DNA of 64,000 bases. It comes from Chlamydiia bacterium. Lineage in GTDB: Bacteria > Chlamydiota > Chlamydiia > Chlamydiales > 2-12-FULL-49-11. Made by a program: the position numbers and the translations under genes. Shown here one piece after another: positions 26,135 to 35,700 of the stretch. The DNA lies in contig JBIKLZ010000002.1 in assembly GCA_044359535.1 (NCBI GenBank), positions 32,001 to 96,000 of the forward strand, given 5' to 3'. The number at the start of each line of letters is the position of its first letter. The first letter of the stretch is position 1. The notes beneath the pieces were generated by a model that did no database searches, was not told the origin of the DNA, and saw nothing but the letters and a program-made list of their open reading frames with translations.

Positions 26135-27240
26135 CCCTTCTTGAACAACCTTCTTCACAATCCTTTTTATCCGACCTACAGATGAAGGCAAAGAAAAAGG
26201 CGTTAAGTAAAACCATTTCATTGAAAGGGATTTCTTTGGAACATTTTGAAGGGATTTCTTCAGAAGGGTTTTCATTTTCCGTTGAAGGGGAGGGGGTAGA
26301 GCTTCTTTCATTGGATCAAGCGTTACAAAAATATGGCCTATTTTTAAAAAATCGTTTTGAAAAAATGCTAGTCAAAGAAGAGGGCTTTTTCTCTTTATTC
26401 AATAGAGGGTGCAGTGATCAAGTCTTTTGTCTATTTGTCCATCACTCAACCCCTTTGATAAAAATAGCGCAACACTATATCAATAACAAAAAATTTTTCT
26501 CTCCACGGATTCAGATTTTTGTGGGAAAAGGGGTAAAAACCACCTTTTTTCATACAATGGAGGTACAAGGAAAGGATAATTGTATTAATAGTTGTATCGA
26601 CATTGCCCTTGAAAGGGAAGCTCAAGTCTCCTTTTTTGAAACAGGTACAATAGATCATGACAATGATCTTTTTTTAGATACAAAAGTGACAGTAAAGCAA
26701 GGCGGCTGTTTTACTCATACAACTGGGACTTTAGGTTCAAGATCTTTTAAAAGTGAGATCTCTGCCTACCTTTTAGAAAAAGGGGCAAAAAGTCATTTAC
26801 AGGGCTTTTGGAATGGATCAAAAGATGCAGATATTTCTTTTATTGCCCACACCTCCCATTTGGCTTATGAAGCAACATCAAGGGAACACTATCAAGGGGT
26901 TTGTCACGATAAAGCAAGGGCAAGTTTTGAGGGGCAAATCTATGTGGATAAGGTGGCACAAAAAACAGATAGCTACCAGCTTTCTAAACATTTACTCATC
27001 GGAGAAAAGGCTTCGGGTTTTTCAAAACCTAATTTAGAGGTGTTTGCCGATGATGTAAAAGCATCTCATGGGGCCACAGTTTCGATGATCGATGAAGAGG
27101 CTTTATTTTATTTAATGTCGAGAGGCATTTCAAAACAAGGGGCTATAGATTTAGTAAAAAGGGCCTTTTTAGCTTTTTTTCTTAATGAAATTGGAGAAAA
27201 AGAAATTTATAAATCCTTTTTAAGGTTAATAGACCAATGA
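26125..27240 (+). CDS. sufD: Fe-S assembly protein SufD
   Basis: AQKTDSYQ, KPNLEVFADDVKASHGATV, FYLMSRGI. Confidence 0.95.
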   Translation: MLLTLLEQPSSQSFLSDLQMKAKKKALSKTISLKGISLEHFEGISSEGFSFSVEGEGVELLSLDQALQKYGLFLKNRFEKMLVKEEGFFSLFNRGCSDQVFCLFVHHSTPLIKIAQHYINNKKFFSPRIQIFVGKGVKTTFFHTMEVQGKDNCINSCIDIALEREAQVSFFETGTIDHDNDLFLDTKVTVKQGGCFTHTTGTLGSRSFKSEISAYLLEKGAKSHLQGFWNGSKDADISFIAHTSHLAYEATSREHYQGVCHDKARASFEGQIYVDKVAQKTDSYQLSKHLLIGEKASGFSKPNLEVFADDVKASHGATVSMIDEEALFYLMSRGISKQGAIDLVKRAFLAFFLNEIGEKEIYKSFLRLIDQ

Positions 27241-28385
27241 AAGAGCATTTTCCAATTTTTTCAACAAGAAAAGAGCTTATCTATCTTGATTCAGCAGCCA
27301 CAACACACAAGGTTAGATCTGTAATTGATACAATGACCCGTTTTTATTCTCAAGAATATGGAACCGTTCACAGGGGACTGTATAAAGAAGGATTAGAGGC
27401 GACACATCGACTAGAAAAAGTGCGAGAAAAAGTAGCCTATTTTATAGGGTGTGATGCACAAGAGGTGATTTTTACCCATTCAGCAACTGAAAGTCTCAAT
27501 TTAGTGGCCTATGCCTATGGAGAAAAACAGGTCAATGAGGGCGATGAAGTTTTGGTTTCTATCTATGAGCACCACTCCAACTATCTGCCATGGAAACTTC
27601 TTTGTGATCGGAAAAAGGCTTGCTTTATCCCCTTCACAGATCTTGAAGATTTTAAAAACAAGATCTCGAATAAGACAAAAATTGTGGCAATGACCCATCA
27701 ATCAAATGTCATTGGGGCGTTAACCCCACTTAAAGAAATCATAAAAATAGCACACACTTTTTCTGCAGTGGTTGTTGCCGATGGTGCGCAAGTGGTGGGC
27801 CATCACAAAGTAAATATGAAAGATCTAGATGTTGATTTTTATGCTTTTTCAGGCCATAAAATGTATGGACCCACGGGTGTAGGGGTCCTTTTTGGAAAAT
27901 ACAACTTACTTGAAAAGATGGAGCCCTTTCATGGAGGGGGGGGGATGGTTGAAAGGATTGGATCGACAGTAACCTATAGAAAGCCTCCCCATAAATTTGA
28001 GGCAGGGACCCCGATGATTGCTTCTATTTTGGGTTTGGGAAGTGCGATAGACTTTATTCAAGAGATAGGATTAGAAAAGATTGAAAAAGGCGAGTATTGC
28101 CTTTCATCTCAATTGTATGATCAAATGCAAGGATCGGTCACATTTTTGGATCCACAATGTAAAGGTTCATCTATCCTATCCTTTACAATTAATAGCCTTC
28201 ATCCAGTGGATCTATCCACATTTTTGTCTTTAGAGGGGATTTCAGTGAGGGGAGGAAATCTGTGTGCTCAGCCTTTACTAACACATTTAGGACTCGATGC
28301 TGTCCTTCGTATAAGTTTAGGGATCTATAATGATGAACAAGATGTTGAAAAATATATAAAGGCATTGAAAGCTTTATTAAAGTAA
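27237..28385 (+). CDS. sufS: Cysteine desulfurase SufS
   Basis: YLDSAATT, EHHSN, FSGHKMYGPTG, FEAGTP, RGGNLCAQP. Confidence 0.96.
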   Translation: MKEHFPIFSTRKELIYLDSAATTHKVRSVIDTMTRFYSQEYGTVHRGLYKEGLEATHRLEKVREKVAYFIGCDAQEVIFTHSATESLNLVAYAYGEKQVNEGDEVLVSIYEHHSNYLPWKLLCDRKKACFIPFTDLEDFKNKISNKTKIVAMTHQSNVIGALTPLKEIIKIAHTFSAVVVADGAQVVGHHKVNMKDLDVDFYAFSGHKMYGPTGVGVLFGKYNLLEKMEPFHGGGGMVERIGSTVTYRKPPHKFEAGTPMIASILGLGSAIDFIQEIGLEKIEKGEYCLSSQLYDQMQGSVTFLDPQCKGSSILSFTINSLHPVDLSTFLSLEGISVRGGNLCAQPLLTHLGLDAVLRISLGIYNDEQDVEKYIKALKALLK

Positions 28386-28416
28386 AAGAGACTTAAAATA
28401 TTTTAAGTCTCTTTTA
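28383..28416. terminator. Perfect 34-bp palindrome between convergent genes, probable bidirectional terminator
   Basis: TAAAAGAGACTTAAAAT|ATTTTAAGTCTCTTTTA. Confidence 0.7.
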
Positions 28417-28440
28417 TATTATACTAGCAACAATCGATGG

Positions 28441-29499
28441 TTACATCGTGTAGGAAAGGCCAAGGTATAGACCTGGAATGTAAAAATCTCCAGCAACCCC
28501 ATTGCCTTTTTTCTGAATGAGGTCTTTTCCTTGTTGTAATAAGGTGGTAATCCCCCCTTCTAAACGGAAAAGAGCAGGTTCATCAGCTGTAGGCTTAGAA
28601 ACAAGAGAAAACCCGAGTTTATTTTCTTGATAAAATGAGTAGGAGCAACGGTCTAAAGCAGAGCTATGATCTTGGAGGATGTCCCCTTCAGAGGGTTCAA
28701 TTTTAAACTTTGTGAGGTATCCAAGAGTTTTTACTGCTTCAGATCCTTGTCTAAATCTATTTGAAATCATGAAGGCAACATCTTTAGACTCAAAGAGGAT
28801 GACCCCTGCTTCAATCTCTCCCCAAATACCCCCACCAACTGAGGACTGGTATCCTGTTTGGGTATTGGAAGCAGCACTTATTGAATCATCTAACCCTGTA
28901 ATTGTACTTTTATAGTCTAAATAGCTATAAGAAAGGCCGTAATAACTTTGCAAGAATGATTTTTTATACTGTAGGGAGTACCCTGCTAAACCGATATAAA
29001 TATTGGCTTGTGTAAGGGATTGATCGTAATGCATTGCTTGATACCCAATGGATTCGTTGTCTTTAGAAAAGACATCGTGCAAAAAGATCGCTTGGTCTTG
29101 GGTCTCTTTAAATTCTGAAAGTTCTGGATTTTTTTTGAAATAGGTCCCTTCAAGTCGGCACAGCAGTTCTGCATGCTTTACACTGATTAAAGAAAAGCCA
29201 TAAAGGGCCATTGTTAAAGAGTTGTTTGGACTAATAGATCCTTGTGGATCAAAGGGAAGTGTCCCTCCAGGCACATAGCCTAGGTGGCCGATTTCAACAT
29301 TAGAAACCGGTTTAATAGCTAAAATACCGACTCCAAAAGTATAGGAGATGTTATTATCTAAACCTACTGAATAGTCTAAAAATGGGTTGCGAGAAGGCTC
29401 TTGAGGAACTTCAGCTTTTGTGTTTTTATACATTGGCGATGGGGAAGCAAATCCTATTGAGGATATAAGTATGGTTGCTAATAAGTATTTCTTTTTCAT
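28441..29499 (-). CDS. Putative outer-membrane beta-barrel, divergent fourth member of the MOMP-like array
   Basis: Signal peptide, alternating aromatic beta strands, C-terminal GDFYIPGLYLGLSY matching the GNYSMQGL end of its neighbours. Confidence 0.6.
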   Translation of the reverse strand: MKKKYLLATILISSIGFASPSPMYKNTKAEVPQEPSRNPFLDYSVGLDNNISYTFGVGILAIKPVSNVEIGHLGYVPGGTLPFDPQGSISPNNSLTMALYGFSLISVKHAELLCRLEGTYFKKNPELSEFKETQDQAIFLHDVFSKDNESIGYQAMHYDQSLTQANIYIGLAGYSLQYKKSFLQSYYGLSYSYLDYKSTITGLDDSISAASNTQTGYQSSVGGGIWGEIEAGVILFESKDVAFMISNRFRQGSEAVKTLGYLTKFKIEPSEGDILQDHSSALDRCSYSFYQENKLGFSLVSKPTADEPALFRLEGGITTLLQQGKDLIQKKGNGVAGDFYIPGLYLGLSYTM

Positions 29500-29574
29500 T
29501 AAGTCTCCTAGACATTTTTTTTTTCACTGTAGAGATATATGTAAACGTTTGTTTCAATAGAGTCAATCTCTTTT

Positions 29575-30627
29575 TTAGAAAATGATTCCAAACAAAGCGG
29601 TAAGTCCTTGCATAGAATAGTTTCCTGAAAGGCCCATTTGATTGCCTGGGGTATAAAATCCCATATGGCTAAACCACGTTTGCATTTCCCAAGAAAGATC
29701 AAAAAAAACAGAGAGATCTTTCAAAGGGCAGTTAAGTTTAATTCCAAGTTGCTGACTAAACATGGGCTCAACAGACCATAGATGATCTTGAATATTGAAG
29801 GAAGATAAAGAACTTCCGGTGGGGGTATCTTGGTATTGCCAAAAATCTTTTTTAGCAAGGTTGATTGAGGAGGCCACTTTTAAAAAAAGGAAGGTGTTTT
29901 TGATCCATGTATATCCAAGTTCAACGCCACCATAAGGGCCAATACACCACCAGTACATCGTATTATCAACTGTGTAGGGTAAAAAATCTGAAGGGGATAG
30001 TTGAATATGTGCATCGATCTGTAGATGGGAGGTTTCCCAAGCACCAATAACCCCTCCAAATGGGGTAAAGATGAAATCGGGAGAAATGGCAAGACTTCGG
30101 TCTAATGTTCCCCTTAAGCAGTTGAATTGATTTGTATATCTAGAGTTAAGGGTCGCAATCGTTGTATATGAACCTTCTATCCAAGGAGAGACATAGCTGT
30201 TTGATGGGTTCAAAGGAGTAAAAGAATAGGGTGGGGCGTTATAAAACCAAGTGTAGCCAGCTGAGCATTTCCAATCATCAAAATGAAGGTATTTGGCTAC
30301 CTCTACTTGAAAACCACTTTTTCCACTAAAGGAGGGGGTGACTGTATTGATGAAAGATAAAGTGTTAGATCCTTGAGGAAAAGGAGAATTTGCAAGGATG
30401 AGTCCTTCTATATATGGAACCCAGTAGGTGTATGAAAGGGAAAAAATAAAGGAGGCTTGCTCATCTCTTCTGTAATAGGGCCTTGGAATAGATAGGGCAT
30501 TTCTATTGAGAAGCTTGCCATTTTCAGGGGTAAAATGGGGCTTTTTAGTGTTGCCAGAAAAGAGAAATGAGGGTGAACAAAAAAGAACAAGGAAAAGAAA
30601 TCGATTTAAGTGAACAAGGGGATTCAT
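29575..30627 (-). CDS. MOMP-like (Lpg1974-family) porin
   Basis: YTYWVPY, SGFQV, DDW..YTWF, IGPYGG, WEMQTWF, GNYSMQGLT..F. Confidence 0.85.
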   Translation of the reverse strand: MNPLVHLNRFLFLVLFCSPSFLFSGNTKKPHFTPENGKLLNRNALSIPRPYYRRDEQASFIFSLSYTYWVPYIEGLILANSPFPQGSNTLSFINTVTPSFSGKSGFQVEVAKYLHFDDWKCSAGYTWFYNAPPYSFTPLNPSNSYVSPWIEGSYTTIATLNSRYTNQFNCLRGTLDRSLAISPDFIFTPFGGVIGAWETSHLQIDAHIQLSPSDFLPYTVDNTMYWWCIGPYGGVELGYTWIKNTFLFLKVASSINLAKKDFWQYQDTPTGSSLSSFNIQDHLWSVEPMFSQQLGIKLNCPLKDLSVFFDLSWEMQTWFSHMGFYTPGNQMGLSGNYSMQGLTALFGIIF

Positions 30628-30651
30628 GAAGCTCCAAACAGCGATTACAAA

Positions 30652-30681
30652 ACTATATTTTTAACTATATAACTTTGTCAA
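30652..30681 (-). promoter_or_regulatory. Promoter of porin 29575-30627
   Basis: TTGACA-N18-TATAGT on the minus strand. Confidence 0.55.
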
Positions 30682-30695
30682 TAGGAATCCAAGAA

Positions 30696-31694
30696 CTAAA
30701 AGGAAAGTGTAGCGGATGCAGAAAGTCCCTGCATTGAATAGTTCCCCATGACGCCCATTGGATTTGAATAGCTTTGAAAGCCATTATGAGAAAAATAGGT
30801 TTGCAGTTGCCATGCAACGTCAAAGCAAAGGGCCCATTGCGTCCAAGATAGGTTTTGGCGCAATCCAAGGAGAATCTCAATCATCGGTTCAACATTGTAA
30901 AAGCAATCCTTTTGATTGAAGGCGTAATCTGAGTGCTCACTCCCTGATTGAAAAAGAGTATGATTTGCTAAAAGTAACGCTCCAGAAGGGGTTACATAAA
31001 AAGATGAGCTCCTTGTGAAGAAAAAGGCTGTCTCTGCCCCTCCATAGGGGCCTATTGCCCACCATGACTGCTTCCAAGTATCCTCATTATAAGCGCTAGA
31101 GATGATCCCATTTTGATCCAGTATTTGAGTTTCCCATGCCCCTAAAAGGCCCATTGAAGGGGAGAATGTAAAATAGTTGCCAAGATAAAATGAACGATCA
31201 AGTGTACCGTCAATTCTGTTGAAATTGCTTTTCCAACGACTTTCTATGTAATGAGCAGTTCCAGTTTCTAAAGGATCAAAGGTTAGGCGATAGGATTGAT
31301 CTATATTTTGCCTTCCATAGGAAAAAAAGCCTGGGTTGAAAAACCATGTATACTCCAAAGAAGCGGTCCAATCATCATGGGGAGTGTGTACCCCAAGAGC
31401 CACTTTGAAGCCGCTACACTCTTTTGTCCTTGGTCTAAGGACATTTCCCCTTTCCACATCGCTTGTATTCCCTGAAAAAGCAATGGCATTGCCTTCTTGA
31501 TATGGGACCCAAAGTGTGTAAGCTCCTTCAACAAAAAAACCAAAATCAAGGTGAGAAGGGGTGGATATGGGCATGTATGAGGGCGTTTTTTGATCTAAAA
31601 AGGGAGGCTCAGTACCAAAAAGTGAACAAGGGTGAATGCAACTTAAAAAAGACCAAAGAAGAAAAAAATTCTTTATTGGAGTTATTGCTCTCAT
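30696..31694 (-). CDS. MOMP-like (Lpg1974-family) porin
   Basis: YTLWVPYQEG, SGFKVALG..HDDW, GNYSMQGL..F; start reset to ATG 31694 with RBS AGAGG. Confidence 0.88.
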   Translation of the reverse strand: MRAITPIKNFFLLWSFLSCIHPCSLFGTEPPFLDQKTPSYMPISTPSHLDFGFFVEGAYTLWVPYQEGNAIAFSGNTSDVERGNVLRPRTKECSGFKVALGVHTPHDDWTASLEYTWFFNPGFFSYGRQNIDQSYRLTFDPLETGTAHYIESRWKSNFNRIDGTLDRSFYLGNYFTFSPSMGLLGAWETQILDQNGIISSAYNEDTWKQSWWAIGPYGGAETAFFFTRSSSFYVTPSGALLLANHTLFQSGSEHSDYAFNQKDCFYNVEPMIEILLGLRQNLSWTQWALCFDVAWQLQTYFSHNGFQSYSNPMGVMGNYSMQGLSASATLSF

Positions 31695-31733
31695 AGTTTT
31701 ACCTCTTGATTTAGATCTTTTAAAATTTGAATA

Positions 31734-31762
31734 AGGATACTTTGTATTTCTAATTGTGTCAA
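31734..31762 (-). promoter_or_regulatory. Promoter of porin 30696-31694
   Basis: TTGACA-N17-TATCCT. Confidence 0.6.
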
Positions 31763-31878
31763 TAAAGTTCGCTCGTAATTTGAGTAAAGTACATGTAAAC
31801 GGGAGGGGTAAAAAAAACACACTTATCTCTAGATAAATGTGTTTTTTGATCAAGACTTATATAAAGCGTATCTATTTA

Positions 31879-32886
31879 TTAGAAGCTTACTTTTACAGAA
31901 GCTGTTAAACCTTGCATTGAGTAGTTCCCCATAACTCCCATTGGGTTGTTATAGTTTTGAAACCCATTGTGCGAGAAGTAGGTTTGCATATCCCAAGCTA
32001 GGTCGATGCATAGCGCCCAATCTGTCCAGAATGAATCCCAACGAAGTCCAAGCATAGATTCAATCATTGGCTCAACATTGTAGAAATTATCCTTTAAGTT
32101 GTAGCTAAGACCGCCTCCTTGAAGCTCATACTGAGTTAGGCTATGGTTAGAAAGAAGCAATGAAGCCCCAGATGTGATGTAAAGAGCCCACTCGTTTGTG
32201 AAGTAAAAAGCCCCTTCAGTTCCTGCATAAGGCCCAATTCCCCACCATGATTGCTCCCAATTCACAGTGTCTGTTTGGACAGTTGATCCATTTGCATTTT
32301 GTACTAGATTTAGGTTTTGAGTTTCCCAAGCACCTAAAAGACCTAACCAAGGGCGAAATGTCAAGTAGTGGCCTGCATAAAATGTTCTATCAAGTTGTCC
32401 ATCAATTCTATTGAATTGAGTTTTCCATTGGGATTGTATTGGAGAAAGTGTGTCTACTTCTGTTGAATCGTAAGTAGGTAAGTATCCCCCTTCTGTTTGT
32501 AATGAATTATACTGCAATGTTGCTGGATTGTAGAACCAAGCATAGTTTAATGCAACCATCCATCCATCATGCATTGTGTTTGCACCAATTCCAACTTTAA
32601 ATCCACTTACACCTGTAACATTAGGTCGAATAACGTTCCCTGGCTCAGCATTTGCTGCGTTTCCTGAAAAAGCAATGTTATTGCCCTCTTGGTATGGAAC
32701 CCAATAGGTATAGGCTGCTTGGATAAAAAATGCAAGAGCATCATCGCCCCCTGGATTTTTAGCCGGAGCAACTGAGTATTGAGCTTTTGGTGTCATAGTA
32801 TTTGTATCATCTGCAAAAACTGAAGTTACACTTAAGCAACTAGCTAATGCAAACAAAGGCAAAAATTTTTTTAGTTTAGTATTCAT
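31879..32886 (-). CDS. MOMP-like (Lpg1974-family) porin
   Basis: Signal peptide ending VFA, YTYWVPYQEG, SGFKVGIG..HDGW, GNYSMQGLTASVKVSF with terminal Phe. Confidence 0.9.
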   Translation of the reverse strand: MNTKLKKFLPLFALASCLSVTSVFADDTNTMTPKAQYSVAPAKNPGGDDALAFFIQAAYTYWVPYQEGNNIAFSGNAANAEPGNVIRPNVTGVSGFKVGIGANTMHDGWMVALNYAWFYNPATLQYNSLQTEGGYLPTYDSTEVDTLSPIQSQWKTQFNRIDGQLDRTFYAGHYLTFRPWLGLLGAWETQNLNLVQNANGSTVQTDTVNWEQSWWGIGPYAGTEGAFYFTNEWALYITSGASLLLSNHSLTQYELQGGGLSYNLKDNFYNVEPMIESMLGLRWDSFWTDWALCIDLAWDMQTYFSHNGFQNYNNPMGVMGNYSMQGLTASVKVSF

Positions 32887-32962
32887 TCCCTTTATTCTCC
32901 CATTTAATTAGGTTCTTTTTGTTTAGTTTAAAAAAACATTGATCTTTTAAAACATTGGAATA

Positions 32963-32991
32963 AGAATATCTTTCTATTTAAAAACTGTCAA
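32963..32991 (-). promoter_or_regulatory. Promoter of porin 31879-32886
   Basis: TTGACA-N17-TATTCT. Confidence 0.6.
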
Positions 32992-33124
32992 TCTTTTTTA
33001 CCTAAAAATCCTTATCTTAATTAAGGGAATGTTTTTGCATGCCTCTTAAGACAAGAACAGACAAGGATTTCAAGTGAAACGATCTTTGTATATTTTTCAA
33101 AAAATGTACTCAAAATAAGGTCAT

Positions 33125-33946
33125 TTAATTGAATAGAAGATTCATTTTATCAATCCAAGCAATGGAATACTCACTTAATTTATTGGTAAGGACATACCAG
33201 CCAGCCCAAAGAAGGGTGAGACCAAGGAGAGATTTTAAGGGCATACCTAAAAAGGAAATCTGAACGTTTGGGGCTAAGCGATTAGCTATTCCAAGAAAGG
33301 CTTCAGCCATTAAAATGGCAAGAAGTGCCGGCGCAGATAGTTGAATGGAGATTTTAAATACTTGGTTCATAAGATCGATGATTTGAAGCCAAAGAACGTT
33401 ATGTTTATCATAGAAGGCAAGGGGCAAAAATCCATCGACGGGAAGGATATTAAAGGAGTTTTCAACAGCAGAAAAAAACAGTAATGGCCCCCCTAGAGAA
33501 AAAAACAGGACCACAAGGTAGTAATTCATAAAAATACCGATGGTTGAAACTTGAGTTTGAGTTGTTGCATCTTGCCCCATCATACTGGATGCTCCACGGG
33601 CAAAGTCAATAAAAATACCGGCGCTTTGCGCGATGAAAAAGGGGACAGAGGATAAAAAACCAAGTAAGAAACCAATCATAATTTCCTTTAAAGAAAAGAG
33701 GATAAGGTAGGATTGAAGGGTAGAAAAATCGGTGGTGCTATTAAAAATAATTGTTGGGAGAAGGACCAATGTTAATGACATTGCAAGGGCAACTCTTGCC
33801 GGTGCGGGAACAAGTTTTGCTCCTAAAAATGGGGCAATAGAACAAATGGTTGCAAGGCGCATAAAGGCTAAAAGAAGGAGTAACAATAACTGGTTGTAGT
33901 CAATGTTTTTGATGTTTGCAATTAGATTGAGAAAGCTATCATCCAT
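33125..33946 (-). CDS. sctT: T3SS export apparatus SctT
   Basis: APFLGAKLVP, KEIMIG, AQSAGIFIDFARG, LGIANRLAPNVQI. Confidence 0.95.
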   Translation of the reverse strand: MDDSFLNLIANIKNIDYNQLLLLLLLAFMRLATICSIAPFLGAKLVPAPARVALAMSLTLVLLPTIIFNSTTDFSTLQSYLILFSLKEIMIGFLLGFLSSVPFFIAQSAGIFIDFARGASSMMGQDATTQTQVSTIGIFMNYYLVVLFFSLGGPLLFFSAVENSFNILPVDGFLPLAFYDKHNVLWLQIIDLMNQVFKISIQLSAPALLAILMAEAFLGIANRLAPNVQISFLGMPLKSLLGLTLLWAGWYVLTNKLSEYSIAWIDKMNLLFN

Positions 33947-33953
33947 AACATTG

Positions 33954-34223
33954 TTATATACCCCATTTATAGAAGTTTAGAAAAATCGCATTTGCAAACT
34001 GAACAATTTGTCCAGCTAAAAATCCACCCATAATAAAGAGAGTAAAGATGACAGCGACCAATTTGATTGTAAAAGAAAGGGTTTGTTCTTGAATTTGCGT
34101 TGCAGCTTGAAAAATAGCTACTGTAAGACCAAAAATCATGCTGATTAAAATAGGGGGGCCAGAAAGAATTAAGATCAGTAACAGTGCTCGATAGGCTAAT
34201 TGGACAACCTCTGCTTGAAACAT
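33954..34223 (-). CDS. sctS: T3SS export apparatus SctS
   Basis: AIFQAATQIQEQTLSFTIKL. Confidence 0.97.
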   Translation of the reverse strand: MFQAEVVQLAYRALLLILILSGPPILISMIFGLTVAIFQAATQIQEQTLSFTIKLVAVIFTLFIMGGFLAGQIVQFANAIFLNFYKWGI

Positions 34224-34229
34224 ATACTT

Positions 34230-35027
34230 TTACCTATAGGATAAGACAATACCTTCTACAAGTAGTGTCCATCCATCGATCATCACTAAAAGTAAAAGCT
34301 TTAAAGGGAGGGCAATAGTTAAGGGAGACAACATCATCATCCCCATTGCTAATAAAATATTTGAGGTCACAAGATCGATGACAAAGAAGGGTAAATAAAT
34401 TAAAACCCCAATTTCAAAGGCCCCTTTGACTTGTGAGGTGATGTAAGAGGGGATTAAAACAATGAAATCCTTAGTTTTAAGTTGATCTTGATAGGAAGGG
34501 GGAAACTTTTTTTTCGCAAGTTTATAGAAATATTCCCTGTGTTTTGGAGAACAATTTTTTGTTAAAAAAACCCTTAAGGGTTCCTTTGTTTTTTCTGCAA
34601 TGCCGACAATGTATTGAGCAGTTTGAGCGGTGAAAACCTCACCCCCCTTGGGCGCATTATTCTGAATATAGTTTTGACCCGCTTCATACATAGCAAGCCC
34701 TGTAGGAAACATCACATAAACGGCCATTAAAATGGCAATGCCATTAATCACTTGGTTAGGAGGGGAGTTTTGAACCCCTAAAGCTTGACGAAGTAGGGAC
34801 AAAACAATGACCATTTTTAAAAATGAGGTAAGGAGCATTACCGCATAGGGCATAAGGGTCATTGCTGCAATAACAGCTACTTGAGTGACAACAGTAGGTT
34901 GTTTTACAGCAGAGGTTTGTTCTACTTGAGGAGAAAAGTCTCCCCCTTCTCCAAAAAGAGCTAAAGGGGCACACATAAATCCAATAATGAGAAAAATTAA
35001 AAATGGTTTTGATTTAAAAAAGGCCAT
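34230..35027 (-). CDS. sctR: T3SS export apparatus SctR
   Basis: TSFLKMVIVLSLLRQALG..PPNQV, AFEIGVLIYLPF, LAMGMMMLSP, DGW. Confidence 0.98.
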   Translation of the reverse strand: MAFFKSKPFLIFLIIGFMCAPLALFGEGGDFSPQVEQTSAVKQPTVVTQVAVIAAMTLMPYAVMLLTSFLKMVIVLSLLRQALGVQNSPPNQVINGIAILMAVYVMFPTGLAMYEAGQNYIQNNAPKGGEVFTAQTAQYIVGIAEKTKEPLRVFLTKNCSPKHREYFYKLAKKKFPPSYQDQLKTKDFIVLIPSYITSQVKGAFEIGVLIYLPFFVIDLVTSNILLAMGMMMLSPLTIALPLKLLLLVMIDGWTLLVEGIVLSYR

Positions 35028-35079
35028 AACTTACCTTTATACCTTATCTGGATTATAATCTCAAATAGATTGAATTAAA

Positions 35080-35700
35080 TTACTCTGTTTTAAGTGTTTT
35101 TTTAAGAGCATTTTCTAAAGCAATATACTGATTTTCAAGGTTGGCGTTAAGAATTCCTTTTTCTGTTTGAATAATGCACCCCCCCTTTTCAACATCTTTG
35201 CGCTCTTCAATTGTAAAGATCTCGATCCTTTCAAATAGTTGCTGAAGATCTAGTTTTTTTTCTTCAAGGACAGCAAGGTCAGCTTTATTGACAAAAAGTT
35301 TCACTTGATGGCTTCCTGATACTGCTTTTATGGCCTTTGTCACCACATCAACGATCATCTCTGGAAAGTTATTTAGCCCCTCTCCTACAATTTGTCTTGT
35401 TGTTTGCATAACTAAGGGGAGGATGGCCTTTTGAAGTTCATGACGAAGCGTTTTAATCCTGTCATCAAAATAAAGGATGTGGGTGTTGTAAGGCTCTAAC
35501 CCCTCTTCAAAGCCCTTTTTATACGCACTTTCATGAATTGCTTTTGCTTCTAAATGGGCTTTTTCAATAATAGCCTTAGCTTCTTTTTGAGCCTCTTCTA
35601 GAAGGGTTATGGAAGCTATGACCGCTTCAAAATCCTTTTTCGGGATTTTGTTCTTCCCTGCATGGACTTTTAACGATTCATTGATTGTGAATAGGTGCAT
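35080..35700 (-). CDS. sctL: T3SS stator SctL
   Basis: AYKKGFEEG, VNKADL, GGCIIQTEKGILNA; start reset to ATG 35700. Confidence 0.93.
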   Translation of the reverse strand: MHLFTINESLKVHAGKNKIPKKDFEAVIASITLLEEAQKEAKAIIEKAHLEAKAIHESAYKKGFEEGLEPYNTHILYFDDRIKTLRHELQKAILPLVMQTTRQIVGEGLNNFPEMIVDVVTKAIKAVSGSHQVKLFVNKADLAVLEEKKLDLQQLFERIEIFTIEERKDVEKGGCIIQTEKGILNANLENQYIALENALKKTLKTE

